The position numbers and the translations under genes are program-made. From Gemmatimonadaceae bacterium (GTDB lineage: Bacteria; Gemmatimonadota; Gemmatimonadetes; Gemmatimonadales; Gemmatimonadaceae), in contig JBBDYC010000011.1 of assembly GCA_040901985.1 (NCBI GenBank), positions 1 to 64,000 on the forward strand: a DNA stretch of 64,000 bases, in the 5' to 3' direction. Shown here piece by piece: positions 45,307 to 56,822 of this stretch (position 1 is its first letter; the number at the start of each line of letters is the position of its first letter). The notes under the pieces were generated by a model. It did not search any database. It saw only the letters and a program-made list of their open reading frames with translations, and was not told the DNA's origin.

Positions 45307-46125
45307 TTAGTTCACCGCGTTGCGGAAGAAAATCGAGACCCGCGACTCCGAGGACTCCGGAGTGCCGGTCCCAGGGGACATTCGTTCGCTCTCACTGGTC
45401 AGCACGAGCTCGAGGCCGGACATCGTACCGAGAGTCCCCGGCACGGCATCCTGGGCCGTGACGCCGCCGGAGACGTAGAATCGGAAGAACGATCCGTCGT
45501 CGAACGGCACCGCGATCTCCTCGGCCGCACCTCCGGTGACCGTTCGCCAGAGCGCCGTGCGCCCGGGGACGAGCGTGGAGGTGGCAAGGGAATACGTGAC
45601 CGTCTGGTAGAGCAGCACCGGAGCGCCAGCGGCCAGGGTGCCAAACGCCGGGCTCAGGAGCAGCGTCTGCCCCCCGGTCACCGGCGTGATCCCCGCCGAG
45701 GTCGTGCAGTTCGTCACGGTCCCCGCCGCCGGCGCGGTTGACGACGCCACCCAGACGTAGACGGCGTTGAGCGACGTGTCGCGATACGCGTAGCCGGCGT
45801 TCACGGCGGTCGCCCAGATCAGCGAATCCACGGCCATGAAGGTCACCGTGCTGGACGTGCAGTAGACCCCCATCGCGTAGGGCACACGGACGGTAATGGA
45901 CGTCGGGGTCGCGGCGGTGATGCCATTCGGCTCGATCATCCGCATCTCGTTCCGCATCAGGTTCAGCGCGTTGCGCGTCACCGCGCGCGCATCGCGCGCC
46001 CCGGTCGCCCGCCCGAAGAAGCGCATCTGGGACTGGAGCAACCGCGTGATCCCGGCGCCGATGATGCCGAGGAGCACGACGGCGATCAGGATCTCGACCA
46101 GGCTGAACCCGCGTCGGCGCCTCAT
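45307..46125 (-). CDS. PilW/GspJ-like minor pilin
   Basis: 'RRGFSLVEILIAVVLLGII' class III signal; ends 'FRN'. Confidence 0.85.
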   Translation of the reverse strand: MRRRRGFSLVEILIAVVLLGIIGAGITRLLQSQMRFFGRATGARDARAVTRNALNLMRNEMRMIEPNGITAATPTSITVRVPYAMGVYCTSSTVTFMAVDSLIWATAVNAGYAYRDTSLNAVYVWVASSTAPAAGTVTNCTTSAGITPVTGGQTLLLSPAFGTLAAGAPVLLYQTVTYSLATSTLVPGRTALWRTVTGGAAEEIAVPFDDGSFFRFYVSGGVTAQDAVPGTLGTMSGLELVLTSESERMSPGTGTPESSESRVSIFFRNAVN

Positions 46126-46508
46126 GAGAACAACGCCCCGGCAGGGGGCTGCGCGCGGTCCACCGTCACCGTGTCGGGACGCAGGGCCGCATTGGCGGGC
46201 ACGATGATGATCTGCACGCGCGTAATCGTCCCCGTCGGCGTGGTCAGGGTCACGCACCGGTCGTGCACGTAGTCCGATTGGTCATCGATCGTCTCGCACC
46301 CCGTGTTCGCCCCCAAACTTGTGTACGGCATCGTGCTGAAGAGGTCCACTGCGGTCGAGATGGCGGCGGCCCGGTTCACGCCGACCGCGGCGACGCGGTT
46401 CCGCAGGGCGTAGCGCATCGTGACCAGCGTGTGCGCGGTCACCATGACCCCGAGCAGGGTCACCGCGACCATCACTTCGATGAGTGAGACACCGCGACGA
46501 GCTCTCAT
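46122..46508 (-). CDS. PilV/GspI-like minor pilin
   Basis: 'RRGVSLIEVMVAVTLLG' class III signal. Confidence 0.85.
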   Translation of the reverse strand: MRARRGVSLIEVMVAVTLLGVMVTAHTLVTMRYALRNRVAAVGVNRAAAISTAVDLFSTMPYTSLGANTGCETIDDQSDYVHDRCVTLTTPTGTITRVQIIIVPANAALRPDTVTVDRAQPPAGALFS

Positions 46509-46966
46509 TGACGCCTCACGATTCCTGTGGCCGTGCGGGACACCACGGTGGTGGCCCCGGCACCGGACAGCGTTATGCGGATGCCGGCATCCGAGCGCCC
46601 GTTCGGGAAGATCGTGATCCCGCCGGCCGGATTGATGCTGATGTTCGCCCGCAGGTCGAACGTCGGGCCGAAGTTGCGTTGCTTGAGGACCGTGCCGGTG
46701 GACCGCTCGACAATCTGCAGGGCCGTGCCGCTCAGCTGGACGTCCACCGGTACCCGCTGGCGAACCGCGAGCGCCGAGGCTTCGCTGAGCATCCCCTGGG
46801 CCACGTTCGCCGACCGGATGACCCGGTCGCGGGCAATCTGCTGGCCAATCGAGTTGGCCGAGATCGCCACGAGGATCCCGACCAACGAGACCACGACCAG
46901 CAACTCGATGAGCGAGAAGCCGGGACGCTGACGCCTGGTGTACGGGATGGGTAATTGTGCGGCCAC
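46505..46966 (-). CDS. FimT/GspH-like minor pilin
   Basis: 'PGFSLIELLVVVSLVGIL', 'ITIFPNG', 'TGIVR'; AAGGAG RBS. Confidence 0.85.
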   Translation of the reverse strand: MAAQLPIPYTRRQRPGFSLIELLVVVSLVGILVAISANSIGQQIARDRVIRSANVAQGMLSEASALAVRQRVPVDVQLSGTALQIVERSTGTVLKQRNFGPTFDLRANISINPAGGITIFPNGRSDAGIRITLSGAGATTVVSRTATGIVRRQ

Positions 46967-47040
46967 TGTGCACTCCTTGATGTTCTATCAATATGGACGA
47001 CCGGCGCCCCCCGCCAGTCAGCCCACTCACAGTGTGACGG

Positions 47041-48069
47041 TCAATCCGCCAGGGTGCCAGTCTCGAGCTGGTGACGCGCCTCACCAAGCACCCGGGCCTC
47101 GACCTCGGCGAGCGTCCCCGCGACCAGGGCGCCCGAGGCCCGGGCGTGACCCCCGCCGCCGAAGCTCCGGGCCAGCGTATTCACGTTCACCCCGGCCAAA
47201 CTACGGAACGACACCTTCACCCGGCCGTGCCCGAGGTCACGGAACAGCACGGCCAGCCGGACCCCGGCGATGGTCCGCGGATACTCCGAGATTCCGTCGA
47301 GGTCCTCGCTCGATACGCCGTGCCGCTCCAGCGCCCCGGCGTGGATCCGCACCCAGGCCATCCCGTGCGCCATATCCACCTCCAGGGTGTCCAGCGCGTC
47401 GCGGAGCAGATGGAGCCGGCCCAACGGCACGCTCCCGTAGATCCGCGCGTACATCTGCTCCGGGTCCACGCCCGCCGTGAGGAGCTCGGCCGCAATCGCG
47501 AGGCAGCGGGGCGAAGTATTCCCGAACCTGAAGCCGCCTGTGTCCGTGATGAGCGCCGTGTAGAGGGAGCGGGCAATGGCCGCGGTGATCGTCAAACCTC
47601 GCTCGCGCGCAAAGTCGAACACCAGCTCGGCGGTGGCGCAGGCCGCGGTATCGCTCAGCATCGTGCGCCCGGGGGGCTCGTGCCCCGGGAGATGGTGGTC
47701 AATCACCAGCGCGTCCTCGGGAAGCGCACGCACGGCATCGGCGAGTCCGCCGAGCCGCCCGATGTCGCTGATGTCAAGGACGATCAGGCGGTCAACCTCC
47801 GCGAGCGCCTGGGCGCCCTCCGCCGAGCGATCCTCGACGTCGTCGCCGAGCAGCCAGCGGAAGAGCTCGGGCCAGGGCGTCGGGTTCACGATGAAGGCGC
47901 GCACCCCCATCTGGCCAAGCAGTCGGGCCAGCGCGGTCTGCGAGCCACAGCCGTCGCCGTCGGCATTGATGTGGGTGGAGAGCGCGACCGTCATCCCCGG
48001 CCGGATCGAGGCGGCGATGCGACCGATGGCCTCGCGCCGTGCCGTCGGGACCTGGAGCAGATCGGTCAT
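47041..48069 (-). CDS. nrnA: DHH/DHHA1 nanoRNase / pAp phosphatase
   Basis: 'THINADGDGCGS', 'VIDHH', 'TDTGGF', 'GGGGHARASG'. Confidence 0.88.
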   Translation of the reverse strand: MTDLLQVPTARREAIGRIAASIRPGMTVALSTHINADGDGCGSQTALARLLGQMGVRAFIVNPTPWPELFRWLLGDDVEDRSAEGAQALAEVDRLIVLDISDIGRLGGLADAVRALPEDALVIDHHLPGHEPPGRTMLSDTAACATAELVFDFARERGLTITAAIARSLYTALITDTGGFRFGNTSPRCLAIAAELLTAGVDPEQMYARIYGSVPLGRLHLLRDALDTLEVDMAHGMAWVRIHAGALERHGVSSEDLDGISEYPRTIAGVRLAVLFRDLGHGRVKVSFRSLAGVNVNTLARSFGGGGHARASGALVAGTLAEVEARVLGEARHQLETGTLAD

Positions 48070-48102
48070 CGCGTGGACCCTCGCCCGGCGCCGCGCCGCA
48101 TC

Positions 48103-49617
<1,515 letters not shown>

Positions 49618-50037
49618 TCAGGGCGTCGGCTTCTCGCCGGAGGGCGGCGGCGGGGTGCTCGGCGGGGTGCTCGGCGGGGTGCTCGGCGGGGTGCTCGGCG
49701 GGGTGCTCGGCGGTCTCGCGCCGCCGCTCTCCCGCGGTCGCGAGCTGCCGACGAGGTCGCTCGCCACCGAGGCGCCGGCGGCAGCCACGCCATTGAGCAC
49801 GCCCATCGCCTTGCCCATCAGGCCCATCGCCTCGGCCACCGCCGACGCCGAGACGTTCCCGGCGCGGAGCGTGTCCTCGACGCCTTCGGCGAAACGCTGG
49901 AAGACGTTCGGGCCGGGCGACTTGCGCTCGGCGAATCGCGAGTCGAGGAACTCGATGTAGTCGAGCACCTGGTACACCTTGTCCTCGGGGAGCGTCTCGA
50001 GGTGGCGGAGGATGCGGTCCTTCAGGAGCTCGTGCAT
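49618..50037 (-). CDS. Hypothetical protein (DUF2281-like N-terminus) with PPST repeat tail
   Basis: '[19 protein letters not shown]'; C-terminal (PPST)5. Confidence 0.75.
   Translation of the reverse strand: MHELLKDRILRHLETLPEDKVYQVLDYIEFLDSRFAERKSPGPNVFQRFAEGVEDTLRAGNVSASAVAEAMGLMGKAMGVLNGVAAAGASVASDLVGSSRPRESGGARPPSTPPSTPPSTPPSTPPSTPPPPSGEKPTP
49649..49708. repeat. Perfect 12-bp coding tandem repeat x5
   Basis: ggcggggtgctc x5. Confidence 0.93.
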
Positions 50038-50088
50038 AAGCCTGGGCGTGGGAAGGATGATCTTACCCGTGATGCGGCCCAGCGGTAG

Positions 50089-50997
50089 TCACCACCGCAC
50101 GCGACTGCCCCGGGTGTCCACGTGTATGAACGTGCCGCCGGCCGCCGTGTTTCGGTACAGCCCCGTTCCACCCACCAGATCCGGATAGTTGGACTCCACG
50201 CGGTCAACCGCCTCGAGGAAGACCCGGGCGTCGAGGTGGTCGGACCGGCCGTCCCGGTTGAGGTCGTCCATCCGGCCGTCGCCATCAACGTCCACGATCA
50301 CGTCGGCGGCATCGCCGTACTGATGGCGACTTTCGGTCGAGAGCGCCGAGCGGGCGCCACGGGCGTTGGCCCTGGGGGTCCGGAAACCCGAGAGCACGGT
50401 CAGGCCGCTCACGGCGTGGCCCGCCATCCGGAGCTCGTCAATGATGAGCTCGAGCTTGTCCACGAGCCGGGGGTCGAGCACGAGGGGCTTCGGCCAGATC
50501 TCGACTTGGTCGCGGTTGAGGAAGTCGCGGAGCCGGAAATGGGTGGAGATCCGGATGTCCTGATTCTCCTCGGTGACCTCGATGAACCCCGGCGGGACGT
50601 CGTACGCGGGCGAGCGCGGCTGTCGCGCCTCGGCCGGCCATCGCCCGACGCGGTAGATGCCCACGCGATCGTCGTGCTTGGCGGCGAATGGCACGAGACT
50701 GATGAAGTGGAACGGCTCGTCGGTGCTGGAGTCGCGCACCGCCAACAGCGTCAGGCGCCTGCTGGGCGCCTGCAGGAGTTCGGGCGCCGGCTGACCCTGG
50801 GCCTCCGGCGGGACAATCCGGGCCTTCAGGCGGCCGCTACGGCCGCGAAGCGAGTCGGGGATGGCCAGCTTGGGGTCGTCAGGCGAGCGCCGTGGCTCGG
50901 CACTCCTGAGGCTACCGCCACCGACGCTGATCACGAGGCCCGCCGCAATCAGGGCCACTCGGAGGAGCCGGAGGGGATGCAGTACTGGTTCGGTCAT
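50089..50997 (-). CDS. Peptidase M15-family (D-Ala-D-Ala metallopeptidase) protein with EF-hand-like insert
   Basis: 'ISTHFRLRDF', 'SGFRTP', 'SRHQYGDAAD', 'FIHVDTRG...RW'; 'DVDGDGRMDDLNRDG'. Confidence 0.82.
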   Translation of the reverse strand: MTEPVLHPLRLLRVALIAAGLVISVGGGSLRSAEPRRSPDDPKLAIPDSLRGRSGRLKARIVPPEAQGQPAPELLQAPSRRLTLLAVRDSSTDEPFHFISLVPFAAKHDDRVGIYRVGRWPAEARQPRSPAYDVPPGFIEVTEENQDIRISTHFRLRDFLNRDQVEIWPKPLVLDPRLVDKLELIIDELRMAGHAVSGLTVLSGFRTPRANARGARSALSTESRHQYGDAADVIVDVDGDGRMDDLNRDGRSDHLDARVFLEAVDRVESNYPDLVGGTGLYRNTAAGGTFIHVDTRGSRVRW

Positions 50998-51143
50998 TCA
51001 TTCAAATCAAGGACGAGCGGTCACCCCCGAGGTGGAGTGGCGCCCTGTTCTCAACAATCAGACGAATGATAGCTTTGCCCGGATTCACAACGAAAGGGGC
51101 AAATCGCTGACCGTTCGGATAATTTAATTTACTGACCGAATGG

Positions 51144-52184
51144 TCAGCGCGCTACGATTGAGAGAAGATCGAGCACAGGAACGCCCGTCGGCTCCGAGCG
51201 CCCAGCCCTTACCCGAGCGGTCAGGAGTACCCGAGCGAGTGGCGGAATCGCCCGCGCCTCGGCGAGCAGGGAGGGCGGAACCGCGAGGTAGAGAATCGCG
51301 TCCTCGCCCTCCGGTCCCATCGCCAGCAGGAACGGCTCTTCCGGTGCGAGGTCCCGCCGCAACGGGTCCGCGGTCTGCAGCCCAACCACCTGCACCCGCC
51401 AGCGTACCACCCGGCCGCGGGTGCCCTCGGGATCGAGCCGGAGTTCGGCCGCCGAGAGCGTCGAGGCGTATGTGCTGTCCGCGGGCACGAGGAGGGATTC
51501 GGCGACCCAGGCCTCCAGGCGCACCTTTGCCCAGCCCCGATCACGCGCCTGGACATCCACGATGGTGCCCGGCTCGAGTGCCCCAAGCAGGGCTCCGTTC
51601 GGGGCGGATCGGAGCGCCGCGGCGGTGTCGGCGCGCATCGCGCCCGGCCGCGGGGGCGTTTCGGGGGCAGCCGCCGGCGCGCGCGGCACTGTGGGCGACG
51701 GGACGGGTGGCGTAGTGGGCGACGTTGGCGGTCTGGTCGGAGGGCTCGCCGCCGCCGTGGTGGCCGGCACGAGTGCACCGGCCGGCGCCCAGACGCCGCG
51801 ACGGATCCGCGCCCAGGTGCCGCGTCGCTCGGTCACGTGCAGGCCGGCGCCGGCCCGAAACTCGCCGAGGATGCGGCCGTTGAGCGAGGGTTCCCCGCGG
51901 ATCCGCAGGATGTCCGAGCCGCCGATCGTCTGCGGGAACGAGTCGCGCCCCGCCGTGAAGCGCGACGCCTCGACCCACCCTTCGATCGTCACGAACGTCC
52001 AGCCGCCGCGCGTCGCGCCAACGGCCCACGTGGTGCCGCTTCGCAGCGTCGCCACGACATTCCCGGTGGGGGCCGAGCGCACCTCGGTGTCGGCGGTGAA
52101 TCGCCGCTGTGCGTGGAGCGACGGCGCGGTCGCCACGAGCAACAGCAGGGCGAGCGCTGGACGGGAGGAACGCAGGAGGTGCAT
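51144..52184 (-). CDS. Secreted protein with three bacterial SH3-like domains and C-terminal OB-fold-like region
   Basis: Signal peptide; repeats 'VRSAP.G', 'IRGEPSLNG.ILG', 'LRSAPNG' each followed by 'GW/TW..V'; Pro/Thr linker. Confidence 0.75.
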   Translation of the reverse strand: MHLLRSSRPALALLLLVATAPSLHAQRRFTADTEVRSAPTGNVVATLRSGTTWAVGATRGGWTFVTIEGWVEASRFTAGRDSFPQTIGGSDILRIRGEPSLNGRILGEFRAGAGLHVTERRGTWARIRRGVWAPAGALVPATTAAASPPTRPPTSPTTPPVPSPTVPRAPAAAPETPPRPGAMRADTAAALRSAPNGALLGALEPGTIVDVQARDRGWAKVRLEAWVAESLLVPADSTYASTLSAAELRLDPEGTRGRVVRWRVQVVGLQTADPLRRDLAPEEPFLLAMGPEGEDAILYLAVPPSLLAEARAIPPLARVLLTARVRAGRSEPTGVPVLDLLSIVAR

Positions 52185-52287
52185 CGCTGGTTGGGGGGCG
52201 TGAGCGGGCATAGATTGCGCGAGCAGTCGTGCCGCACCGTCGCGCGACGCTTCGTCGAAGGTATACCCCTCACACAACACGGCCAAG

Positions 52288-53844
52288 ATGGCTTCCCCCG
52301 TGGATCGCCCCGTCGTCCTCGTCGTGCTCGACGGGTGGGGCCACCGCGCGAGCACCGAAGGCAACGCGATCGCACTGGCTCGGACGCCGACGTGGGATCG
52401 CCTCTGGGCGCGCGCGCCACGAACGCTGCTCAACGCCAGCGGGCGCGCGGTGGGGCTCCCCGAGGGCCAGATGGGGAACAGCGAGGTGGGGCATCTCAAC
52501 CTCGGCGCCGGCCGCGTGGTGCTGCAGGACCTCGTCCGGATCGGCGAGAGCATCGCCAGCGGCGCGTTCTACGCGAACGGCGCGCTGCGCGCCGCCTGCG
52601 CTGCCGTGCGGGCGTCGGGCGCCACGCTCCACCTCGTCGGGCTCGTCGGCGACGGCGGCGTCCACGCGCACGACCAGCATCTCCTCGCGCTCGTCGAGCT
52701 GGCCCACCGGGAGCGCGTGCCGCGCGTGGCGCTCCACCTCCTCCTTGACGGCCGCGACACGCTCCCGACATCGGCGCCGGGCTTTGTGCGGGCGCTGCTC
52801 GGTGCGACCGCCGGTCGCGCCGAGGTCGCCAGCATCGGCGGCCGCTACTTTGGGATGGACCGCGACAAGCGCTGGCCGCGCACCGAGAAGTGGTACGCCG
52901 CCGCGGTGCGCGGCACGGGCCCGTCGCACACCGACCCGCTCGCCTACATCGCCGAGCACCACGCGCGCGGCGTGACCGACGAGTTCCAGGAGCCGGCGGT
53001 CATCGTCCGCGACGGCCGGCCGCTCGCCCCGATGCGCGATGGCGATGCGGTCATCACCTGGAATTTCAGGTCGGACCGGATGCGGCAGATCGTGCGCGCG
53101 CTCACGCAGGACGGCTTCGATGGCTTCGACGTGCGCGACCGGCCGGCGCTGCAGGTCACGACGATGACGCAGTACGACCAGACCTTCGGCCTGCCGATTG
53201 CCTTTGAGCCCTTCTCGATGGCGCGCATCGTCGCCGAGGTGCTCGCCGACGCGGGGATGACGACGCTCCGCACCGCGGAGACGGAGAAGTACCCGCACGT
53301 GACGTACTTCTTCAACGGGGGCAACGAGGTGCCGTACCCCGGCGAGGAGCGAATCCTGGTCCCGAGCCAACAGGTCGCCACCTACGACCTGATGCCGGAG
53401 ATGAGCGCGCCGGGTATCACCGACGTCCTTTGTCGGGCGATCGAGACCCGGTCGCACCACTTCACGCTCTGCAACTACGCCAACGGCGATATGGTCGGCC
53501 ACAGCGGAAACCTCGACGCGACGATTCGCGCCTGCGAGGTGGTGGACGCCCAGCTCACCAAGGTGATTGCGTCGGCGGCGAAGGCGGGCGCACGACTCTT
53601 GATCACCGCCGACCACGGCAACTGCGAGATGATGCTCGACCCCGCGACGGGCGGCCCGCACACGGCCCACACCACGAACCCGGTGCCCTTCCTGCTCGTC
53701 GAGGACGGCGTGCCGGCGACACTGCCGCTCCGTGCCGGTGGGGCGCTCTGCGACGTGGGACCTACCGCGCTGGCGATGTTGGGGCTCGAACCACCGGCCG
53801 AGATGACCGGCCATGACCTGCGACCCATTGGAGTGACTGCGTGA
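52288..53844 (+). CDS. gpmI: 2,3-bisphosphoglycerate-independent phosphoglycerate mutase
   Basis: 'LDGWG', 'GQMGNSEVGH', 'MDRDKRW', 'AETEKYPHVTYFF', 'DMVGHSG', 'TADHGN'. Confidence 0.97.
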   Translation: MASPVDRPVVLVVLDGWGHRASTEGNAIALARTPTWDRLWARAPRTLLNASGRAVGLPEGQMGNSEVGHLNLGAGRVVLQDLVRIGESIASGAFYANGALRAACAAVRASGATLHLVGLVGDGGVHAHDQHLLALVELAHRERVPRVALHLLLDGRDTLPTSAPGFVRALLGATAGRAEVASIGGRYFGMDRDKRWPRTEKWYAAAVRGTGPSHTDPLAYIAEHHARGVTDEFQEPAVIVRDGRPLAPMRDGDAVITWNFRSDRMRQIVRALTQDGFDGFDVRDRPALQVTTMTQYDQTFGLPIAFEPFSMARIVAEVLADAGMTTLRTAETEKYPHVTYFFNGGNEVPYPGEERILVPSQQVATYDLMPEMSAPGITDVLCRAIETRSHHFTLCNYANGDMVGHSGNLDATIRACEVVDAQLTKVIASAAKAGARLLITADHGNCEMMLDPATGGPHTAHTTNPVPFLLVEDGVPATLPLRAGGALCDVGPTALAMLGLEPPAEMTGHDLRPIGVTA

Positions 53845-54551
53845 TTCGTCGGACCTTCGGAGCCGTGGCGCTCCTGCTTGCGACCTTCCTCGCCCGACCG
53901 CTCTCCGCCCAGGACGTGATCGGGCATCTCCCAGACGAGAGCCCGTACCGCGACGCCAGCGGCCGGCACGCGTTCTCGCTCCAGGCGGGGTGGCTCATCC
54001 CGGGGAGGGACCCGGCGGGGGTGGGACCGCACGCCGGAATGCTCCTCGCCGGCCTCTATGAGTATGACGTGACCGGGCCGCTGCGCCTGACGGCGGGGGC
54101 CGGGATTGCCCCGACGCTGCGTCGCGACGTCAAGGATCCGTTGGTCACCGGACCGGCCCGCGATGCGGGCACACGCGAGGAACCCCTCTTTTACCTCGAC
54201 GGCGGACTCCTGCTCGCCCTCAGTGGCGAGAAGACTTGGCGGGGCTTCGCGCCGCGGGCGCGCACCGGCGTCGGCCTCGTCGCCTCGCTCCAGCCGGACT
54301 ACGACCTCGGCGGCTACCGCTTCGGACCGAAGTTCATCCTCTCCTACGGGCTCGGCACGGGCTACGTCATCAGCCCGCGGTGGCAGTTGAACGCCGATCT
54401 CACCCACGCGTTCTGGAAGATGCACTACCCCTCCGCGTACAACGACGATGGGAGCAGCGTGGAGCCGAGCATCGTCGGCAAGGGCAAGCTCGACCCGTGG
54501 AACGGCAACCTGATGCTGACGTTCGGCCTCACCCGCATCGGCGGCCGCTGA
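53841..54551 (+). CDS. Putative outer-membrane beta-barrel protein
   Basis: Signal peptide; 'GHLPDESPYRD' then alternating beta strands. Confidence 0.65.
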   Translation: MIRRTFGAVALLLATFLARPLSAQDVIGHLPDESPYRDASGRHAFSLQAGWLIPGRDPAGVGPHAGMLLAGLYEYDVTGPLRLTAGAGIAPTLRRDVKDPLVTGPARDAGTREEPLFYLDGGLLLALSGEKTWRGFAPRARTGVGLVASLQPDYDLGGYRFGPKFILSYGLGTGYVISPRWQLNADLTHAFWKMHYPSAYNDDGSSVEPSIVGKGKLDPWNGNLMLTFGLTRIGGR

Positions 54552-54555
54552 CGCA

Positions 54556-54969
54556 ATGCGCGCCTCGCTCACGCGCCGGATCACCTTCTCGGCCGGCCAT
54601 CGCTACCACCGGCCCGACTGGGACGACGCGCGGAACGAGGCCGTCTTCGGCAGCTGCGTGCGCCCGCACGGGCACACCTACGTGGTGGACGTGACGGTGA
54701 GCGGGCCGGTGGATCCGCTCACGGGGTTCTGCGCCGACCTCGGCGCCCTCGACCGGGCCCTGCGAACAGCCGTCGTCGAGCGCCTCGACCATCGCGACCT
54801 CGTGCGTGATGTGGCCGAGTTCGCCGAGGGCGAGCAAATTCCGACGGACGAGAACCTCGCCTGGTGGATCGCGCGCGCCGTGCAGGACGCGCTCGGCGCG
54901 TCGCCGCGTGTCTCGCGCGTCCGGGTGGCCGAGGAGCCGGGACTCTGGGCCGAGGTGGAGCCGACGTGA
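54556..54969 (+). CDS. queD: 6-pyruvoyl/6-carboxy-tetrahydropterin synthase family
   Basis: 'FSAGHR', 'C-x3-HGHTY', 'LDH', 'PTDENLA'. Confidence 0.8.
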   Translation: MRASLTRRITFSAGHRYHRPDWDDARNEAVFGSCVRPHGHTYVVDVTVSGPVDPLTGFCADLGALDRALRTAVVERLDHRDLVRDVAEFAEGEQIPTDENLAWWIARAVQDALGASPRVSRVRVAEEPGLWAEVEPT

Positions 54970-55697
54970 GCGACGCGCGCGAGGGCACCGCCAGCCTCGA
55001 CGCGGTGGACGAGGTCCCGGTCTGGCTCGAGGTGAATGGGCAGCCCGCGGTGACCTGGATGTGTACGCCCGAGCAGCTCCCCGAGCTCGTCGTCGGCTGG
55101 TGCTACGGCGAGGGCTACATTGACAGCAAGGCCGACCTCCTCTCGCTGCGACCGTGTGCGAAGGAGCCGGGGTTCTGGGTGACGGTGCCGGAGGCGCGGT
55201 ACCAGACGGTCGAGGGCCAGGAGCGCCGTCGCGTGCTCGCCTCGGGGTGCGGCGCGGTGACGACGATCCTCGGCTCGCTCTCGAGCGTCCCGCGGCGCAC
55301 TGCGCGCCCGCCGATTCCCGACCTCGCCCGCACCCGTGCGCTGTTCAAGGAACTCTTTGCGCGCGGTGAGCGCTACCACTCCACCGGTGGCATCCACGCG
55401 GCGGCGCTCACCGACGGCGTCACGCTGCTCACGCACGCCGAGGACATCGGCCGCCACAATGCGGTGGACAAGGTGCTCGGCGCGCGGATTCTCGCCGGCG
55501 AGCGTCCGGACGACCTGGTGTTGCTGGTGACGGGGCGGATTTCCGGCGAGTTGGCGTTCAAGGCGGCGCGCGCGCGGATCGCGGTGGTCGCGACGCCGTC
55601 GGTGCCATCGTCAATCGCGGTCGAGATCGCCCACGCGGCGGGGATGGTGCTGATCGGGCGCGCGGTGTCGGGGACTCCGCAGGTCTGGCAGCAATGA
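54966..55697 (+). CDS. fdhD: Formate dehydrogenase accessory sulfurtransferase FdhD
   Basis: 'MCTP', 'SGCG', 'TGGIHAAAL', 'EDIGRHNAVDK', 'TGRISGE'. Confidence 0.92.
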   Translation: MSDAREGTASLDAVDEVPVWLEVNGQPAVTWMCTPEQLPELVVGWCYGEGYIDSKADLLSLRPCAKEPGFWVTVPEARYQTVEGQERRRVLASGCGAVTTILGSLSSVPRRTARPPIPDLARTRALFKELFARGERYHSTGGIHAAALTDGVTLLTHAEDIGRHNAVDKVLGARILAGERPDDLVLLVTGRISGELAFKAARARIAVVATPSVPSSIAVEIAHAAGMVLIGRAVSGTPQVWQQ

Positions 55698-56302
55698 CGT
55701 GCACCGGCGTGATCCTCGCCGGCGGCGGGGCGACGCGGTTCGGCGGGCTGCCGAAGGGGCTCGAGCGCGTCGGCGGCGCGCGCATCATTGACCGGGTGGC
55801 GGCGGCGCTCCGGGCGGTGAGCGACGAGCTGCTGCTGGTCGCCAATGCGCCGGACGCGGCGGAGTGGCTCCCCGGCGTGCGGACCGTGCGCGATGTGCGC
55901 ACCGGCGCGGGCGCCCTCGGCGGCCTGCACGCGGCGCTCACGCACGCGGCGACGCCGATCCTCCTCGTGGCGTGGGATATGCCGTTCGTCCCGGCGCCGT
56001 TGCTGCGCGCGCTGCGCGAGCGCGGCGAGCGCGGCGCGGACGCCGTCCTCCCGGAGAGCGACGGCTCACGGCGCGGCGTGGAGCCGCTCTGCGCCTGGTA
56101 CGCGCCGCGGTGCCTGGGCGCAATCGAGGCCGCGCTCGACGCCGGTGATCGTCGCGTGATTGCGTTCCACGACCGCGTCACCGTCGAACGGCTCGACGTC
56201 GCCGCGGTGCGCGCGTTCGGTGACCCGTCGCTGATGTTCCGCAACGTGAACACGCCCGACGACCTCGCGGCGGCGGTCGCGGTGGAGGCGCCCGGTGCCT
56301 GA
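55694..56302 (+). CDS. mobA: Molybdenum cofactor guanylyltransferase
   Basis: 'VILAGG.ATRFGG.PKG', 'DMPF', 'EPL', 'NVNTPDD'. Confidence 0.92.
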   Translation: MTCTGVILAGGGATRFGGLPKGLERVGGARIIDRVAAALRAVSDELLLVANAPDAAEWLPGVRTVRDVRTGAGALGGLHAALTHAATPILLVAWDMPFVPAPLLRALRERGERGADAVLPESDGSRRGVEPLCAWYAPRCLGAIEAALDAGDRRVIAFHDRVTVERLDVAAVRAFGDPSLMFRNVNTPDDLAAAVAVEAPGA

Positions 56303-56822
56303 GACGCCGCCGATGCTTTGCGTGGTCGGCCGCAAGCACGCCGGCAAGACGACGCTCGTCGTGCAGCTGACCGCTGAGCTGACGCGGCGCGGCCATCGCG
56401 TGATGACGCTCAAGCACGGCTCGCACACGTTCAATCTCGATCCGGCCGCGACCGACACGTATCGCCATTACCACGAGGGGAACGCCGAGCGCGTGGCGAT
56501 GGCCTCGCCCGACAAGTTCGCGCTGGTGCAACGTTGGGAGCGCGAACTCGCGCCGGAGGAGATCGCGGCGCGGTACCTCGCCGACGCCGACGTCGTGATC
56601 GGCGAGGGGTTCAAGGCGTCGGCGCTGCCGAAGATCGAGATCCATCGCGCGGCGGCACACGCCGCGCCACTCTGGACGCCGACAATCGCGCAGGCCGCGA
56701 CGTGGCGCGCGCTGCTGACCGACGCGCCAACGCCGGGCTTCCCGGGTACCGAGTTTGACCTCACGGACCCGGACTGGCTCAACCTGGTGGCGGATTGGAC
56801 CGAAGCGGAGATCGTGCGATGA
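56295..56822 (+). CDS. mobB: Molybdopterin-guanine dinucleotide biosynthesis protein B
   Basis: 'VVGRKHAGKTTL', 'LKH', 'DT.RH', 'EGFK...PKIE'. Confidence 0.92.
   Translation: MPETPPMLCVVGRKHAGKTTLVVQLTAELTRRGHRVMTLKHGSHTFNLDPAATDTYRHYHEGNAERVAMASPDKFALVQRWERELAPEEIAARYLADADVVIGEGFKASALPKIEIHRAAAHAAPLWTPTIAQAATWRALLTDAPTPGFPGTEFDLTDPDWLNLVADWTEAEIVR

Noticed and set aside
51061..51125. c-di-GMP-I or c-di-AMP riboswitch upstream of the peptidase
   Set aside because: A GGCAAA element and gtgaatcc are present, but the other conserved elements (GNRA/receptor with GACGCAAA; CAGCTAAC) are missing on both strands.
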